The notes under the pieces: generated by a model
Told to the model about the DNA's origin: nothing
Database searches by the model: none
Seen by the model: the letters and a program-made list of their open reading frames with translations, nothing else
Position numbers and translations under genes: made by a program
In this document: piece after piece, positions 1-11,035 of the stretch
How the letters are laid out: each line of letters starts with the position of its first letter
How positions within the stretch are numbered: position 1 is the stretch's first letter
Origin: Geosiphon pyriformis uo1
Lineage: Eukaryota > Fungi > Glomeromycota
NCBI GenBank assembly: GCA_016748015.1
Contig: JAAOMT010000136.1
Span: 10,004 to 38,623, forward strand
Reading direction: 5' to 3'
Length of the DNA: 28,620 bases

Positions 1-507
1 AAAAAAAATAAGAAAAAAAAATAAAAATTTAGTATTTTATCAAAAGTTATAATCAAGAATTATTGGTCCAGTATAGTTAAAAATCAAATTTTATCAACAT
101 AAAAAATTAATAGTATGAAATTAATTAATATTTTTTAATCAAATAATACAAATATAAATTGAATAATAATGAATATTTTATTAATATAAGTATAATTCTA
201 TTTTAAGTTATAGAAAACTATTTTTTGAAGAAAGAGATATTAAATAGTTATTAATTTTTAATTACTATTTTGAACTTTGCTAATTCTCAAATTTGCTTTT
301 TTTATTTTTAAATAATATGTCATGATTTTTTGATAATGTGCTTATTGCTAAGCAATATGCCATAATTCTTTAACAATATGCTTATTGCTAAGCAATATGC
401 CATAATTTTTTAACAATGTATTTACTTACTAAGTACTATTCTTTTATTGGTCTATTTTTACTATCTGTTTTTTCTATTTTTTTTGTACTTATATTCTATA
501 AATAACA
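1..507 (-). repeat. Partial LTR related to the element A family (runs off the window start)
   Basis: Aligns by eye with 2590-3107 and 20800-21270 (…aatcaagaattattggtccagtatagttaa…, repeated gctaagcaatatgcc units, ttattggtctatt) and ends in the same …aataaca terminus at 507. Confidence 0.8.
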
Positions 508-1004
508 CTAAGAACAAAGATAAAAAAATAATTAATTTAGTTTTAAACACAGAATCTGTGAATTATGTATAAGTAATTTTTAGTTTTGAATATTTTTTTA
601 TTTGAGTTAATATAAATATATAAATAAGATAAATTTAAAAAATATAAATAGAAAAATATTAAGTTTTTTCTATTTGTTTTTTTTTTTATTTTGCTAAAAC
701 TACTTATTTTTATACATATTTTTAATTTTATAAGATTGTTTTTAATTATTTGTTATTACTAGCTATTACTTGCTATTTCTGTTTTTGTTTTATTTTTTTT
801 ACATTATAACTAATTATTCTATATTATGATTAGTTATTTCATATTATCTTGTATTATTCTGAATTATTACACATTATTTTGTATTATTTTATATTATCAC
901 ATTTTTTCTAAGTTATCATATTTTTAGTTATATTTTTTAATATCTTTTGAATTGGTTTTTTTATTTGAGTAATACTGTTTCAAGTAGTAGTATATTTATA
1001 AAAA

Positions 1005-2010
1005 AAATGTTTAAAAAAACTCTTTTTCTTAAAAAAAAAGATTGTTTTTAATAATGTTAAGCATTCTGATAACAAAAAAACATATTATTAATCAAGTTTG
1101 GTTCTGATAATATGTATTCAGATGTTAATAGTAAATTTAGTAATGGTAAAAATAGTATTATTATGAATAATATTAATAATGAATCTCTCTTAAATTTAGC
1201 TACTACTACTTCTAAAGCCAAAAAATTTAATACTAAAATAGTTTATAACTTTTTTTTTGGTTTTTTCAACTTTAATATAGAAAAAAAAATTAGACTTTTT
1301 TTATCTCCTTTTAATATTTTTTTGGACAAAAAATAGATTGATCTAAAGATTATTAAGACTTAAATAGAAATAGCTATTAAAAAATTATTTGCTCTGAATA
1401 TTAATCTCTTGGCAATAAAAAAAATTAATAACAGCAAAAACTTAGGCAGTCAAAAAAATGTTTTTATTAATTAATAGTTTTGGGGAGGTCATTACCTTCT
1501 CAAAATTTGAAAAGATTATCAAATTTATGTTTATCTCAGAAAAAACATGATTAAAACTGCATTATTGGCTAAAAAAAAAAGTTAAAGTAAATAGTAATCT
1601 TAAAAAACAAGAAATTAGATCAGATTAAGTTATAATAATAATAAAAATTTTTATAAACCTACTAAAAAAAATGATTGTCACAGCTCTTTCTAAGTTTAGT
1701 TAGATAATGTCAATCTAATTACAATTAATTGGATTATAACAGAAAACTATAGTAAAGTTTGTTAAATTAGGTTAGACCAATTAATTAGCTATTAAGTAGT
1801 TATTTTTTATTAGAAAAGTTTCAATAAAAGTGGCCAAAACTGTGAGTAATTATAATACATAAATGTCTAGAAATTATTTTAGGACACTTTTGTTTATCTT
1901 GTCTATAAGAATAATAGCTTATAATTTAAGTATTTGTTAAAAAAAACTGGTAAAAAAACTTAAATTATTAATTGATTGATCAAAACAGATAATAGAATTT
2001 ACTATACTAT
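1005..2010 (+). pseudogene. Decayed non-LTR (LINE) ORF1-like relic (RRM-type nucleic-acid-binding protein), 3'-truncated by an LTR
   Basis: Reading through stops/frameshifts gives …IDLKIIKT*IEIAIKKLFALNINL…IGL*QKTIVKF…K*LFFIRKVSIKV…RNYFRTLLFIL…NRIYYTIV, colinear with the relic at 27600-28620. The LINE ORF1 assignment is recall/inference; no ORF2 is in the window. Confidence 0.5.
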
Positions 2011-2192
2011 TGTTATGAGTTGTAGTAACAAGCTAATAAGCTAATGGATAGCAAGAAAGAACAAGATTGTAGAATGATGAAGAAATCAAAGGGAATTCAA
2101 CTTCAAAGAGTGAATTAAATAAGTATAAATTCAATATACAAGATTAGTTTCATAAAATATCTCAGTTGCTATACTTTTTAAAAGATAATTAG
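2011..2192. repeat. Probable LTR of a further family (D), left portion
   Basis: Starts TGTTATGAG where the LINE relic stops; its reverse complement CTCATAACA matches ATCATAATA at 21721-21729 (7/9). Non-coding. Confidence 0.5.
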
Positions 2193-3107
2193 TATTACAG
2201 ATGATTATTTGAGGTCTCAAAGCAAATAACAAATCTGTAACTTGGTGTTCAGTTGATATAATGGTGTCGATTTTTGAAGGTTTTTGTGATTTGAGAATTT
2301 TGGTTGATTTAAAAGTTTTGTTGTGGAGTTCTTTATATAATAGACAGAGATTCAATGGTAATTGTAGTAGTTTCTGAAATTGCAATTCTGCCCAATTTTT
2401 TTCTCAGCTTGGCAGCCAGATTTATTCTGGCAGTTGTGCCTTTTTAGTAAGCTATTTATTAATATATATGTAATTCTATCTTTATTTCTGGTCTTTTATC
2501 AGGCTATCTTTGACATTAATAATTCAGTGCTTAATCTTCAATCAATTATTAAAACCAAAAGAAATAACAAAAGAAAATAAAAAAAAAATAAAAAAAGATA
2601 AAAAAATAAGCCAAGGCAATTGCAAGTTAGTATTCTATCAATAGCTATAATCAAGAGCTATTGTTCCAGTATAGTTAAATATCAATTACTATCAACATAA
2701 AATGTTGATAGTAGAGAGTAAATTAAAATAGTGAATAATTATTTATTAATATTTGTGAATGGAGAGTTGCTTAGATTAAATCTAAACAGAAAGGTCTGTT
2801 TTTTTTTCTTCTAATGCTACTATTATATATACATAATTGATGTTCTACAAGATTGCTTATATTCCCAAGTGATGTGTTATGATTTTTTGAGCAATGCTCA
2901 TATTACTAAACAATATGCCCTAATTTTCTAACATTGCTCCATATTGCTAAGCAATATGTCGTGATTTCTAATATTGCTCCATATTGCTGAGCAATATGCC
3001 ATGATTTCTGATATTGTTTTATATTACTAAGCAATGTGCTTACATGCTAACTACTACTCCTTTATTGGTCTATTATTTTCTATATCTGTTTTTTTTTATG
3101 AATAACA
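2193..3107 (-). repeat. Element A 3' LTR
   Basis: TATTACA (decayed TGTTAC)…AATAACA; colinear with 20410-21270, differences mostly transitions plus some indels. Confidence 0.92.
2865..3045. repeat. ~37-bp tandem repeats in U3 of the A LTR (candidate enhancer array)
   Basis: Repeated gcaatatgcc(a/c)tgatttctaa(c/t)attgctccatattgct(a/g)a units; also at ~316-420 and ~21080-21215 with different copy number. On the minus strand they lie upstream of a TATATA box at ~2822-2831. Confidence 0.75.
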
Positions 3108-3110
3108 TTA

Positions 3111-3123
3111 TTTCTTCTTTTTT
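3111..3123 (-). promoter_or_regulatory. Polypurine tract of element A (G>A decayed)
   Basis: Minus strand AAAAAAGAAGAAA, 3 nt before the 3' LTR TGT. Confidence 0.7.
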
Positions 3124-3788
3124 AATATTGAGCTCCATTGAAATTTTTATTTTGAATTATGTTAAATACTTTTTTTTCAAGTAGTGTTTGTTTTATTCTA
3201 CTCTTTATTTCTTCAACTTGTGAGTTGTTCATTTTTTCTTATTGGTTGATAATTATTGTTTTCATGTCAAAGTGTAGCAATACTTCTGTGTAGTTTTGAA
3301 ATATAGTGTATAGTTGATAAATGGTCTTGATGTGTAGTGTCAAGTTTGTTTTCTTTCTAATAATGTCTTTAATGTTCTAAATTATCTCTTAATTGAAGAT
3401 TCTCTTGGATTTATTAAGATATAATTTCTGAATATCTACTTTCTATCCCAGTTGATAGTAGCAGTATGGTATTGAAAATTGGTTTATTCATTTGTTCTAA
3501 TTTTTTTTTACCAGTTCTTCTGTTAGAACCATAGTGGTTATCTTTCCAAAAGTGTTTTTTACTTTTTCTACTATTTTATTTGACCAGTTTGTTGATTGTT
3601 TTTGTGATCATTGGTATAGTGTACTTTTTTTTTTTTGTTTGGTGTTTTAATAACAGATTGTTTAGTTGTTGATAATAATTTCTATGTTTACTTGTTGTTG
3701 ACTTAAAGCCTGAAACAATTGTTGAGCTAAAGTGTAAATATGGTCTGGTATTTCTATTTTTTTTTGTTGCTTTTGTTGTATATACCAT
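3122..3788 (-). pseudogene. Element A ORF3 (unknown helical protein, env position)
   Basis: ATG 3788 in aaaaacATGg context; frameshifted; C-terminal part reads PYCYYQLG*KVDIQK…KTIYQLYTIFQNY…INQ*EKMNNSQVEEIKSRI…GAQY*, aligning with element B ORF 8839-9258. Confidence 0.6.
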
Positions 3789-3812
3789 GTTTTTATATAC
3801 TTCTTTGGTTGT

Positions 3813-5201
3813 TCAATTTGATGTATTTGGTTTAATAATTATGATTGGTTTCAGATTTCATAGAATCTTATTTGGTTGAATTAGTATTCTCTGTGCTCCC
3901 AGTTGTGAAATATTACTGGTAGATGTTGGTACTATGTTTTAATATAGTTTCAGTTGATTTCCATGTACTGTTTTGGTTAAAATTTTGTTATTCAACCTTA
4001 ATTTATAAGCTCCATTTTCTAGAATTTTTTCTATGTAAAATGGTTCATCTCATTTGGAGTCAAATTTTTTACTCTATTGTTTTTCTGCTTTGGTATGATG
4101 TAGAAGTACTTTGTCTTCAATCCTAAATTTGACTGGTTTATCTGGCAGTTGGTTATTATGTCTTTCTTTTTGGTTTTCTTGTAACTTTTGGATGTTATTA
4201 GCTGCTTTTTGCTGTTTGTTTTCTAGTGTCTTTATTAAGTTATATGTTTTTTTCAACAATGTTCTTTGAAAATTCTTTTCTGTTATTGATTCTGTTAGAT
4301 ATGTTTTGACTTCTATCTCAATTGGTAATGTTGCTGTTCTACTATATACTAATTTAAATGGTGTTGCTTGTGTGCTGTCTTGTTTTATTGTTCTGTAAGC
4401 AAATAATATTGATGATATAAACAAATTCCATTTGTTCTGGTTTTCTTGGCTGATCTTAGCTATTGCTTTACACAGTGTTCTATTGAACTTTTCAACTAAT
4501 CCATTTGTTTGTAAATGATATGATAATAATAATAATAATAATTTTTTTATTCCAAATCTTTGACTTAATTCTGCCAATGTTCTATTCACAAAATGAGTTT
4601 CTTGATCTGATAATAGTTTTTTTGAACATTTATGTTGACAAATCAAATCTTAATGAACAAATTTGGCAATGGATTCTACATTTGCTCTTTGAATGGCTTT
4701 TGCTTCTGGCCATTTTGTGAGATAGTTCATGGCTACTGCAATATATCTGTTGCCTTTGCTGGTGATTGTTAATGATCTAACTAAGTCAATTTCAATATGG
4801 TCGAATGGTTGTCCTATTTTAATTGGTCTTAATGGTTTATTGGGTTTTGTTCCTTCTTTCCTTTGACAAGCATTACAATTTTGAACATATTGGATAATAT
4901 CTGGATACATAGACAGCCAATAGTATCTTTTTTTGGTTCTTTTCATAGTTGTTTCTTTGTGAAAATATTTTGCTGTTGGATCTAAGTACATGTTGAATAA
5001 TATTGTCTCTTTTTCTGGTTTTGTAATTACTCTGGTTGGTTGATCTGAATTTCTTTTGTTTTTCTGGTAAAGTATATTTTGATAGTTGATAAAATATTTT
5101 GATTGCTGTTTTATGTTGTTTTGTTCTTTTGAAAATAATTTCTCCTTAAACAATTGGATATTTATATAATATTAGAATTGTTGATATTTTTGTATATTCA
5201 T
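3813..5201 (-). pseudogene. Element A integrase (zinc-binding, DDE core, GPY/F region)
   Basis: MNIQKYQQ… start; RYYW…CNACQR; IEIDLVRSL; LLSDQETHF; QTNGLVEKFNRTL; LFAYRT; …NGAYKL; ends KPIIIIKPNTSN*. Confidence 0.92.
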
Positions 5202-5231
5202 TTTTTGTTATATTTTTGGGTTAAAATGTTT

Positions 5232-6520
5232 TTAGATTTGTCTCATTCACAACAAACTATTGGCATTTTCGTTTTTTTTCTTTTTTTGTAGTGTACTGTA
5301 TAATTAAATGGTAAAAGTTCTATTTTCTATCTGGCATGGTGATTGTTTCCAAATTTTTGCTTCTAGATTGAAGTCAATTTTTTATAATTAGTGTATACAT
5401 TAAACTTTTAACTCAAGTATTTTTTCTATTTGATGACAGCCCAATAGATAGCTAAGTGTTTTAATGCTGGAGTTCTATAGTTTTTTTCAGCTGAACTTAA
5501 GCTTTTGCTGGTGTAAACTACTGGATGTTCTTGTCTATTCAGTTTTTTCTGAGATAATACCACTCTTAATGCTTGACCAGATGCATTAGTTGTGATTATA
5601 AATGGCTTTTTATGATCTGAATAGATTAGTATTAGAGCTTGAATAAGCTTTTTTTTTAATATATCAAAAGCTTTTTGCTGAGTTTCTGTCTATTTATATT
5701 TGGTGTTCTTTGTTTGGAGTTGGTATAGTGGTTAAGCTATCTTGGAAAAGTCTTTGATAAAGTGGCAGTAGTATTCAGCAAATTCCAAAAATGCTCTTAA
5801 TTCCATAAGATTATTTGGTACTAGAAAGTTTTTAATAATCTCAATCTTGTCTGAATCTGTTTTGATCTTATTTTTGCTCATAACATGTTCCAATAACTTG
5901 AGTTCTGTTTTGCCAAAGAAGCATTTGTTGGCATTTAATTTCAATTTTACTTGTCTGAGTCTTTCAAACACTTGTTGAAGATAATGCAGATGATCATCAA
6001 ATATTTTTGAGAACACATTAGTGTTATCCAAATATATAACTACTGATTTCTATAGTAGTCCAGTATAAACAATTTCCATAAGTCACTGGAAAGTGGCTGA
6101 AGCATTCATCAAGCCAAATGGTATAATCTTGAATTCAAAATTTCTTTCTCATGTTGTAAAAGCCATTTTTTCTTTATCTTCTGATTTTATGACTACTTGC
6201 CAGTAACCACTGTCCAAATCTAAAGTTAAAAACCATTTTTTTCTTTTGAAAGTGTCAAACAGCTCTTGGATCTTTGGTGTTAAGTAACTATTTCCTTTTG
6301 TCACTCCATTTAGTTTCTAGTAATCCACACAAAAGCGGATTTTCTCATTTTTTTTATGAACTAATACCACTGGTAATAATTATGGGCTTATTGATGGCTA
6401 AATTAGCCCATTGTCAAACATTTCATTGATTTTTTGACAAATATCTTATGGCTGGCTAGTGATACTCTGTATGCTTTTTGTTTAATTGGCATTGCATCTC
6501 CAGTTTTAATCTGATGCTAG
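5232..6520 (-). pseudogene. Element A reverse transcriptase + RNase H
   Basis: IRFCVDY, LTLDLDSGYWQV, IPFGLMNASATFQ, VIYLDN (decayed YLDD, ~6023-6034), LNANKCFF, TTNASG (TDAS); ends …MRQI* at 5232-5234. Confidence 0.92.
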
Positions 6521-7063
6521 ATTATGTCAGTTCTGCCAAATTTATTTTCACTTGCAAAAATATTATTAAAGTTGTTAAGTAACATTTTAAGCTGCATATA
6601 TTGTAGTCCATTTAGATTTCCCAAGTTCATTTGTTCCAATTGTTCTGGTTGAAACAGATAACATTCTTTCTGTTCATATATTGTTTGAGATGTAATATCT
6701 ACATATCCACACAGTTGTGAAAAGTCTGGAATAGTGTTTGGCAGTTGGTTTTTAATTTTGGTAGTTAAGTATCCAATAGTGGTTCCTTCTGATATTTCAA
6801 TAATATCTCTCATATTGTTATAAATGGAAATTTTGATGTGTCTGTGGTTTTTGGCTGGTATGTGTAAATTGACTAATCTAATTTTTTCTAATTCACAAAG
6901 TGTTGCTTCTGTCTCAAAAATCTGAACCTGATCTTTTACTTTTTTTTCTATAACTACCATGTACTAATTATATAGTAGAATAGAAATTGATTGACAAGTG
7001 GAGATAATTTCTCCCTTGTCAATAGTTTCTTCCTCTGCCATATTAACTGGTACATCTATTTTA

Positions 7064-7490
7064 TCCATGGATCTGAAACCCTGTATCTTTCTAACTGTAA
7101 TCCTTAATTCTTCCCTGTTTCTCACTGATACTAATTGAGCTATTTTAACCAGAAGCAGAAATATTGCCTGTGCTATTTTTTTGTTTGGCTCTATGATGTA
7201 GGCCTTCTCTGAGTCATTTTATAACATTGCAATAATATTTCCTATATATTCTGCATTAATTATTTCTTTTCTGATATTAATTTTCTTTTTTGCTAGACTA
7301 CTTCTAGATGTTAATTGAACCATTGTTGTTGTTAGAATTTTCAGTGCTATTTTTAGATTAATACAAGTGTGTGAATGTGGTTCCAATTTGAGGGCATCTT
7401 TCTCTGAATATCTTTGATCAAACTCTGCATTGGTATTATTCTCTTGTTCTGGCATAATATCTTTGTCATTATTGCTGAACTATTTAAGTT
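7064..7490 (-). pseudogene. dut: Element A dUTPase domain
   Basis: Decayed trimeric-dUTPase motifs I-V in order: NAEFDQ, SRSSLA, EIINAEYIG, KIAQAIF, RKIQGFRSMD. Confidence 0.88.
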
Positions 7491-8417
7491 CCTGCTTTTT
7501 GGTAAGATTAGGCAGCATAATGTATGTTTTGGGGTTTGAATTAGAGTCCAAATTGTTGTTATTTTTGTTGTTATATTAAGTAGAGCTAGAACCATTGTTT
7601 TCATTGTTGTCATTGTCAAAGTTTAAATTGGGATTGAAAGTTGATTCTAATTCTGATGTGCAGTTGCTAATTGGTTTGTTTTTCTTTAGAATTGTGTAGA
7701 TCATGCATAATAATAGATTGTAAATGAGATTACACTTATTACAATATTGAAAGTCACATGGAATCAAACAGTAGTCACATAATTGGGTGTTTATTTCTTC
7801 TAAACACTGTTTCTGCTGTTACCAGAGATTTTTGGTCTCTTTTTAGCTCTTGTATGTTCATTGTAATGCTGTTAATTCACGACTAAAAGAAGTGTTTGAA
7901 CCTCCAATAACTGAATTTATCTTCAAATTATCTTCTATAATTTGAACTTGCTGGGCTTATAAGTGGAATGGCCAATTCCATGCCAGTTGCTTTGTGTAGT
8001 TACATTGTAGTAAATGTCAACTCTTTCCCAGGAATTGCTCGTCTGAAAACTCACTAAAATGTGTAGTTACTTTGCTGTAAAAGTCAACTTTTCTACAGGA
8101 ATCTCGTCTGTAGACTACCCTAATAATTATAATAAGAAAAATAAAAGAAAAAAAGAAAATGAAAGAAATGTAAAAGAAATAGAATTCTATCAAGAGAAAC
8201 GTTTTCTATCCAAGCCTGGAGTCACTAACAGTTTACTGAAATTGGTAGCTAATCAATTTCGAAATGTTAGTTGGGTTTTGGGAATTTTCCAAGTACAATA
8301 ATTAAAGAATTTGGTTTTTTTGAATTATTTGATATTTATTTTTTTTTGTGTATATAGGAATGGTTTTAAGAAATAAATCTAAAGTAAGATACATTTTCTC
8401 AAAGAGAGAAGCTCTTC

Positions 8418-8424
8418 TTTTATA
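8418..8424 (-). promoter_or_regulatory. Candidate TATA box (TATAAAA) in the B LTR
   Basis: Minus-strand TATAAAA just downstream of the U3 tandem array. Confidence 0.5.
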
Positions 8425-8474
8425 CAACTTGTTGTAATACTATTTTATGAACTTAAACTTTGCTCTTTTCTACA

Positions 8475-8595
8475 ATTTTGCTGAACTAAAGATACATTTC
8501 GGTGAACTACAAGTTATTTTTGTGAACTATTAGATATTTTGGTGAACTATCAATTATTTCGGCAAATTTCTACAAATTTCAGTGAACTTTTGAGT
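8475..8595. repeat. ~6 x 20-bp tandem repeats in U3 of the B LTR
   Basis: atttcggtgaactacaagtt / atttttgtgaactattagat / attttggtgaactatcaatt / atttcggcaaatttctacaa / atttcagtgaacttttgagt. Confidence 0.8.
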
Positions 8596-8807
8596 GTTAC
8601 ATATTTCGGGGTATTGCATAATTGATCATCGCACTTAGGTTACATTTGTGTTATGTACCAATTGGGTTATTAGTTAAATGCTAATTTCGGACATTTTGCT
8701 AATGTAATAAGTGATGATTTGAAATAATAATATATGCTAATTAATGATAAGATTTATAAGGATAATTTTATGTTAAACAATATCTCTAATTTTGTCTGGT
8801 AATATAA

Positions 8808-8817
8808 CCTCTTCCTC
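8808..8817 (-). promoter_or_regulatory. Polypurine tract of element B
   Basis: Minus strand GAGGAAGAGG, 3 nt before the 3' LTR. Confidence 0.85.
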
Positions 8818-8838
8818 AAGACTGAGCTCTGTCGAAGT

Positions 8839-9258
8839 TCAAGTACTGTCTGTAATTTCCAGATAATAATCCAAAATTATTGAAGAAATTTGGTCTGAAA
8901 ATTGTTGAAATTTTAGTTCTGTGAGCTTTCTAATATATTGAATCTTCAAAGATTGTAAAATTGGGTTTTGTAGGACGTTTTTACAGGTGTGAAATAGGTC
9001 ATAAAGTCTAAGAGCAGTTCTTAGTTTATAATGACTCTTTGTAAGTCCAGCTGTTGTCTTGAATTCATTGTGGAGTTGTTTCCAAATAGCTTCTTTTGTG
9101 AGATTTGCTGCTGTAAGCTCCCGTTTTTGTTTGTGAAGTGTTTTTCCAATGTAAAAATATCTATATATTGAAATATAGTTGTAGTTTTCTTCATTAAAAC
9201 ACAGTTGAAGTTTTTGTTGAATAGTAGTATTTGGTGGAATACTAATAGGAGTGAGCAT
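8839..9258 (-). CDS. Element B ORF3 (unknown helical protein); frame extends to ~9530 through one stop
   Basis: 139-aa open frame YRYFYIGKTL…RTALRLYDLF…IRKLT; homologous motifs in element A ORF3; no hydrophobic segment. Confidence 0.7.
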   Translation of the reverse strand: MLTPISIPPNTTIQQKLQLCFNEENYNYISIYRYFYIGKTLHKQKRELTAANLTKEAIWKQLHNEFKTTAGLTKSHYKLRTALRLYDLFHTCKNVLQNPILQSLKIQYIRKLTELKFQQFSDQISSIILDYYLEITDST

Positions 9259-9603
9259 TAAGTTTTCTCTTAAAGCAAGCTTTAAAAGTTCTGGCAGGTG
9301 AACTCCAGAATAACTTTTTGTGTTCTTCTTATATGAATGATATTTTCGTGAATTTGGGGCTGAATTTCTGTTTAAGTATAATTAATGTGGTTTCCAGTAA
9401 CAGTAATAGATTATTTGGGTATTGTTTTTAAAGCTAACATTAGTTTTTGGAATAATTGTTGAATGTTTTAAGGAATAATTATTATAAGCAATTTGAAATA
9501 AAAGAAAATTATTATTGGTGTATGGGTTTTTATGTTATTTTTGTTTTGTTTTTGTGAGATTGTTTCTAAATTATAAGAAGATAACTATAATAATAAATTT
9601 AAA

Positions 9604-10989
9604 TTAAGTGTTCAAGTTGGAAAGTTGTTCAATAACAACTATTGGTTCTAAATTTTGGGGAATATTTTCAGGATTGATTAAGGAAGAATGTGTACCAATT
9701 TGTAGAATTAATGGTTCAGGATTGTTTCTGAAATTATAGTGTTTCAAATGATCTCCATGTGCAACTTTTGCTAGGATTTTGTTATTAAGTCTTAGCTTGT
9801 ATAATCCGTTGCCTAAAACTTTATGAATAAAGAATAGTCTATCCCATTTATTTTCAAATTTCCCACTCCATTGTTTTTTAGCTTTAGTTCTGTGTAAGAG
9901 AACTTTGTTTCCAATTTTAAATTCATTGGTAACTGGAGGCAATTTGTTGTCATGCCATTCTTTTTGTTGAGCTTGGGAGTGTTCAATATGGGTGGCTGCT
10001 ATTTGTTGTTTTCCTTCCAACATACTAAGCAGAGTGTAGGCTCTTTGTTGAAGTGTTTCCTGGAAATTGTTTTTATCAATTGGTTATGCTGGGTATGTTT
10101 CTACTGTGAAGCTAATTAGTAACGTTGCTGTCCTTCCGTAAGTTAAATCAAATAGTGTGTGTTTTGTGGTATCTTGTTTTAGTGTTCTATATGTTAGTAA
10201 CACTGATAAAATAAAGATATCTCATTCTTGCTCAAAATTGGTTGAGACTTTGGCTAATGATTCACACAATGTTCTGTTAAAACGTTTTACAAATCTATTT
10301 GTTTGTGAATGGTAGGGTGAAGATAATAGTCACTTGACATTAAATTGTCCACAAATTTCCTGGATTAAATTGTTCACAAAATGTGTTCCTTGATCAGATA
10401 AAAGTTTTATTGGACATCTATGTCTACAAATGATGTCTTCATAGATGAAGTTTGCTACTAATTTTGCATCTGCTCGTTGAATGGCTCTGGCTTCAGGCCA
10501 TTTGGTGAGATAGTCTACAGCTACTGCAATATAATGATTTTCTTGGTTTGTGATAGAGAGTGGTCCGACTAAATTGATACCAACTCGGTCAAAAGACTGT
10601 CCAATTTTGATTGGGTTTAAAGGTTCTGTAGGATGAGTTTCTCCTCTTCTTTGACAACTATCACAAGATTTAATATATTTATGAATGTTTTTCTTCATTT
10701 GAGGCCAAAAGTAATATTCTAGGGTTCTCTGAGTGGTGCTGTTTTTTCCTAGATGTGCTGATGAAAAGTCTGAGTACATATTATATAAAATGGTTTCTTT
10801 TTCATGTTCTTGTATTAATCTGAGCGGATTGTCTGGATTTCTGAAGTTTCAATAATAAATAATGTTGTTGTGTAAGAAATATTGTTTGGCTTGTTGTTGT
10901 AACTGACGTTTTTCATATGAGGACCAATCTGTTGGAATTGTTAATGTCTCCAGATATTGTTTAAGACTGTTGTAGTTTTTGGGGTTTAT
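9604..10989 (-). pseudogene. Element B integrase
   Basis: AHLGK…YFWP…CDSCQRR; VGINLVGPL; AVDYLTKWPEA; LLSDQGTHF; WSGKFENKWDRLF…GNGLYKL (GPY/F); ends LEPIVVIEQLSNLNT*; probable start decayed to ATA at 10989. Confidence 0.95.
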
Positions 10990-11035
10990 TGTTTGTTGTT
11001 TTGTTGTTAATTCAAATGAGTGTTGTTTTTATGTT

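Larger units (their letters stand above)
7817..8804 (-). repeat. Element B 3' LTR (complete, 988 bp)
   Basis: Terminal inverted repeats TGTTACCAGA…TCTGGTAATA (one C>T from perfect); PPT adjoins. Confidence 0.93.

Noticed and set aside
830-905. Weak ~10-bp periodicity (tattat…) upstream of the LINE relic
   Set aside because: Too degenerate to distinguish from low-complexity AT sequence.
8059-8301. Near-identical + strand ORFs at 8059-8301 and 16836-17102
   Set aside because: They are the same LTR sequence read antisense; the low-complexity K/N/E content comes from a purine run, and there is no motif.
8475-8595. Short periodic repeats as a CRISPR array
   Set aside because: Head-to-tail degenerate tandem units without unique spacers, inside LTRs, eukaryotic context, no cas genes.
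8839-9258. ORF3 as env
   Set aside because: Short, basic and hydrophilic, with no signal peptide or transmembrane segment.
9604-9730. Chromodomain at the integrase C-terminus
   Set aside because: IN ends in a short Pro-rich tail plus LEPIVVIE; no chromodomain aromatic-cage or Y-L-V-K-W signature.
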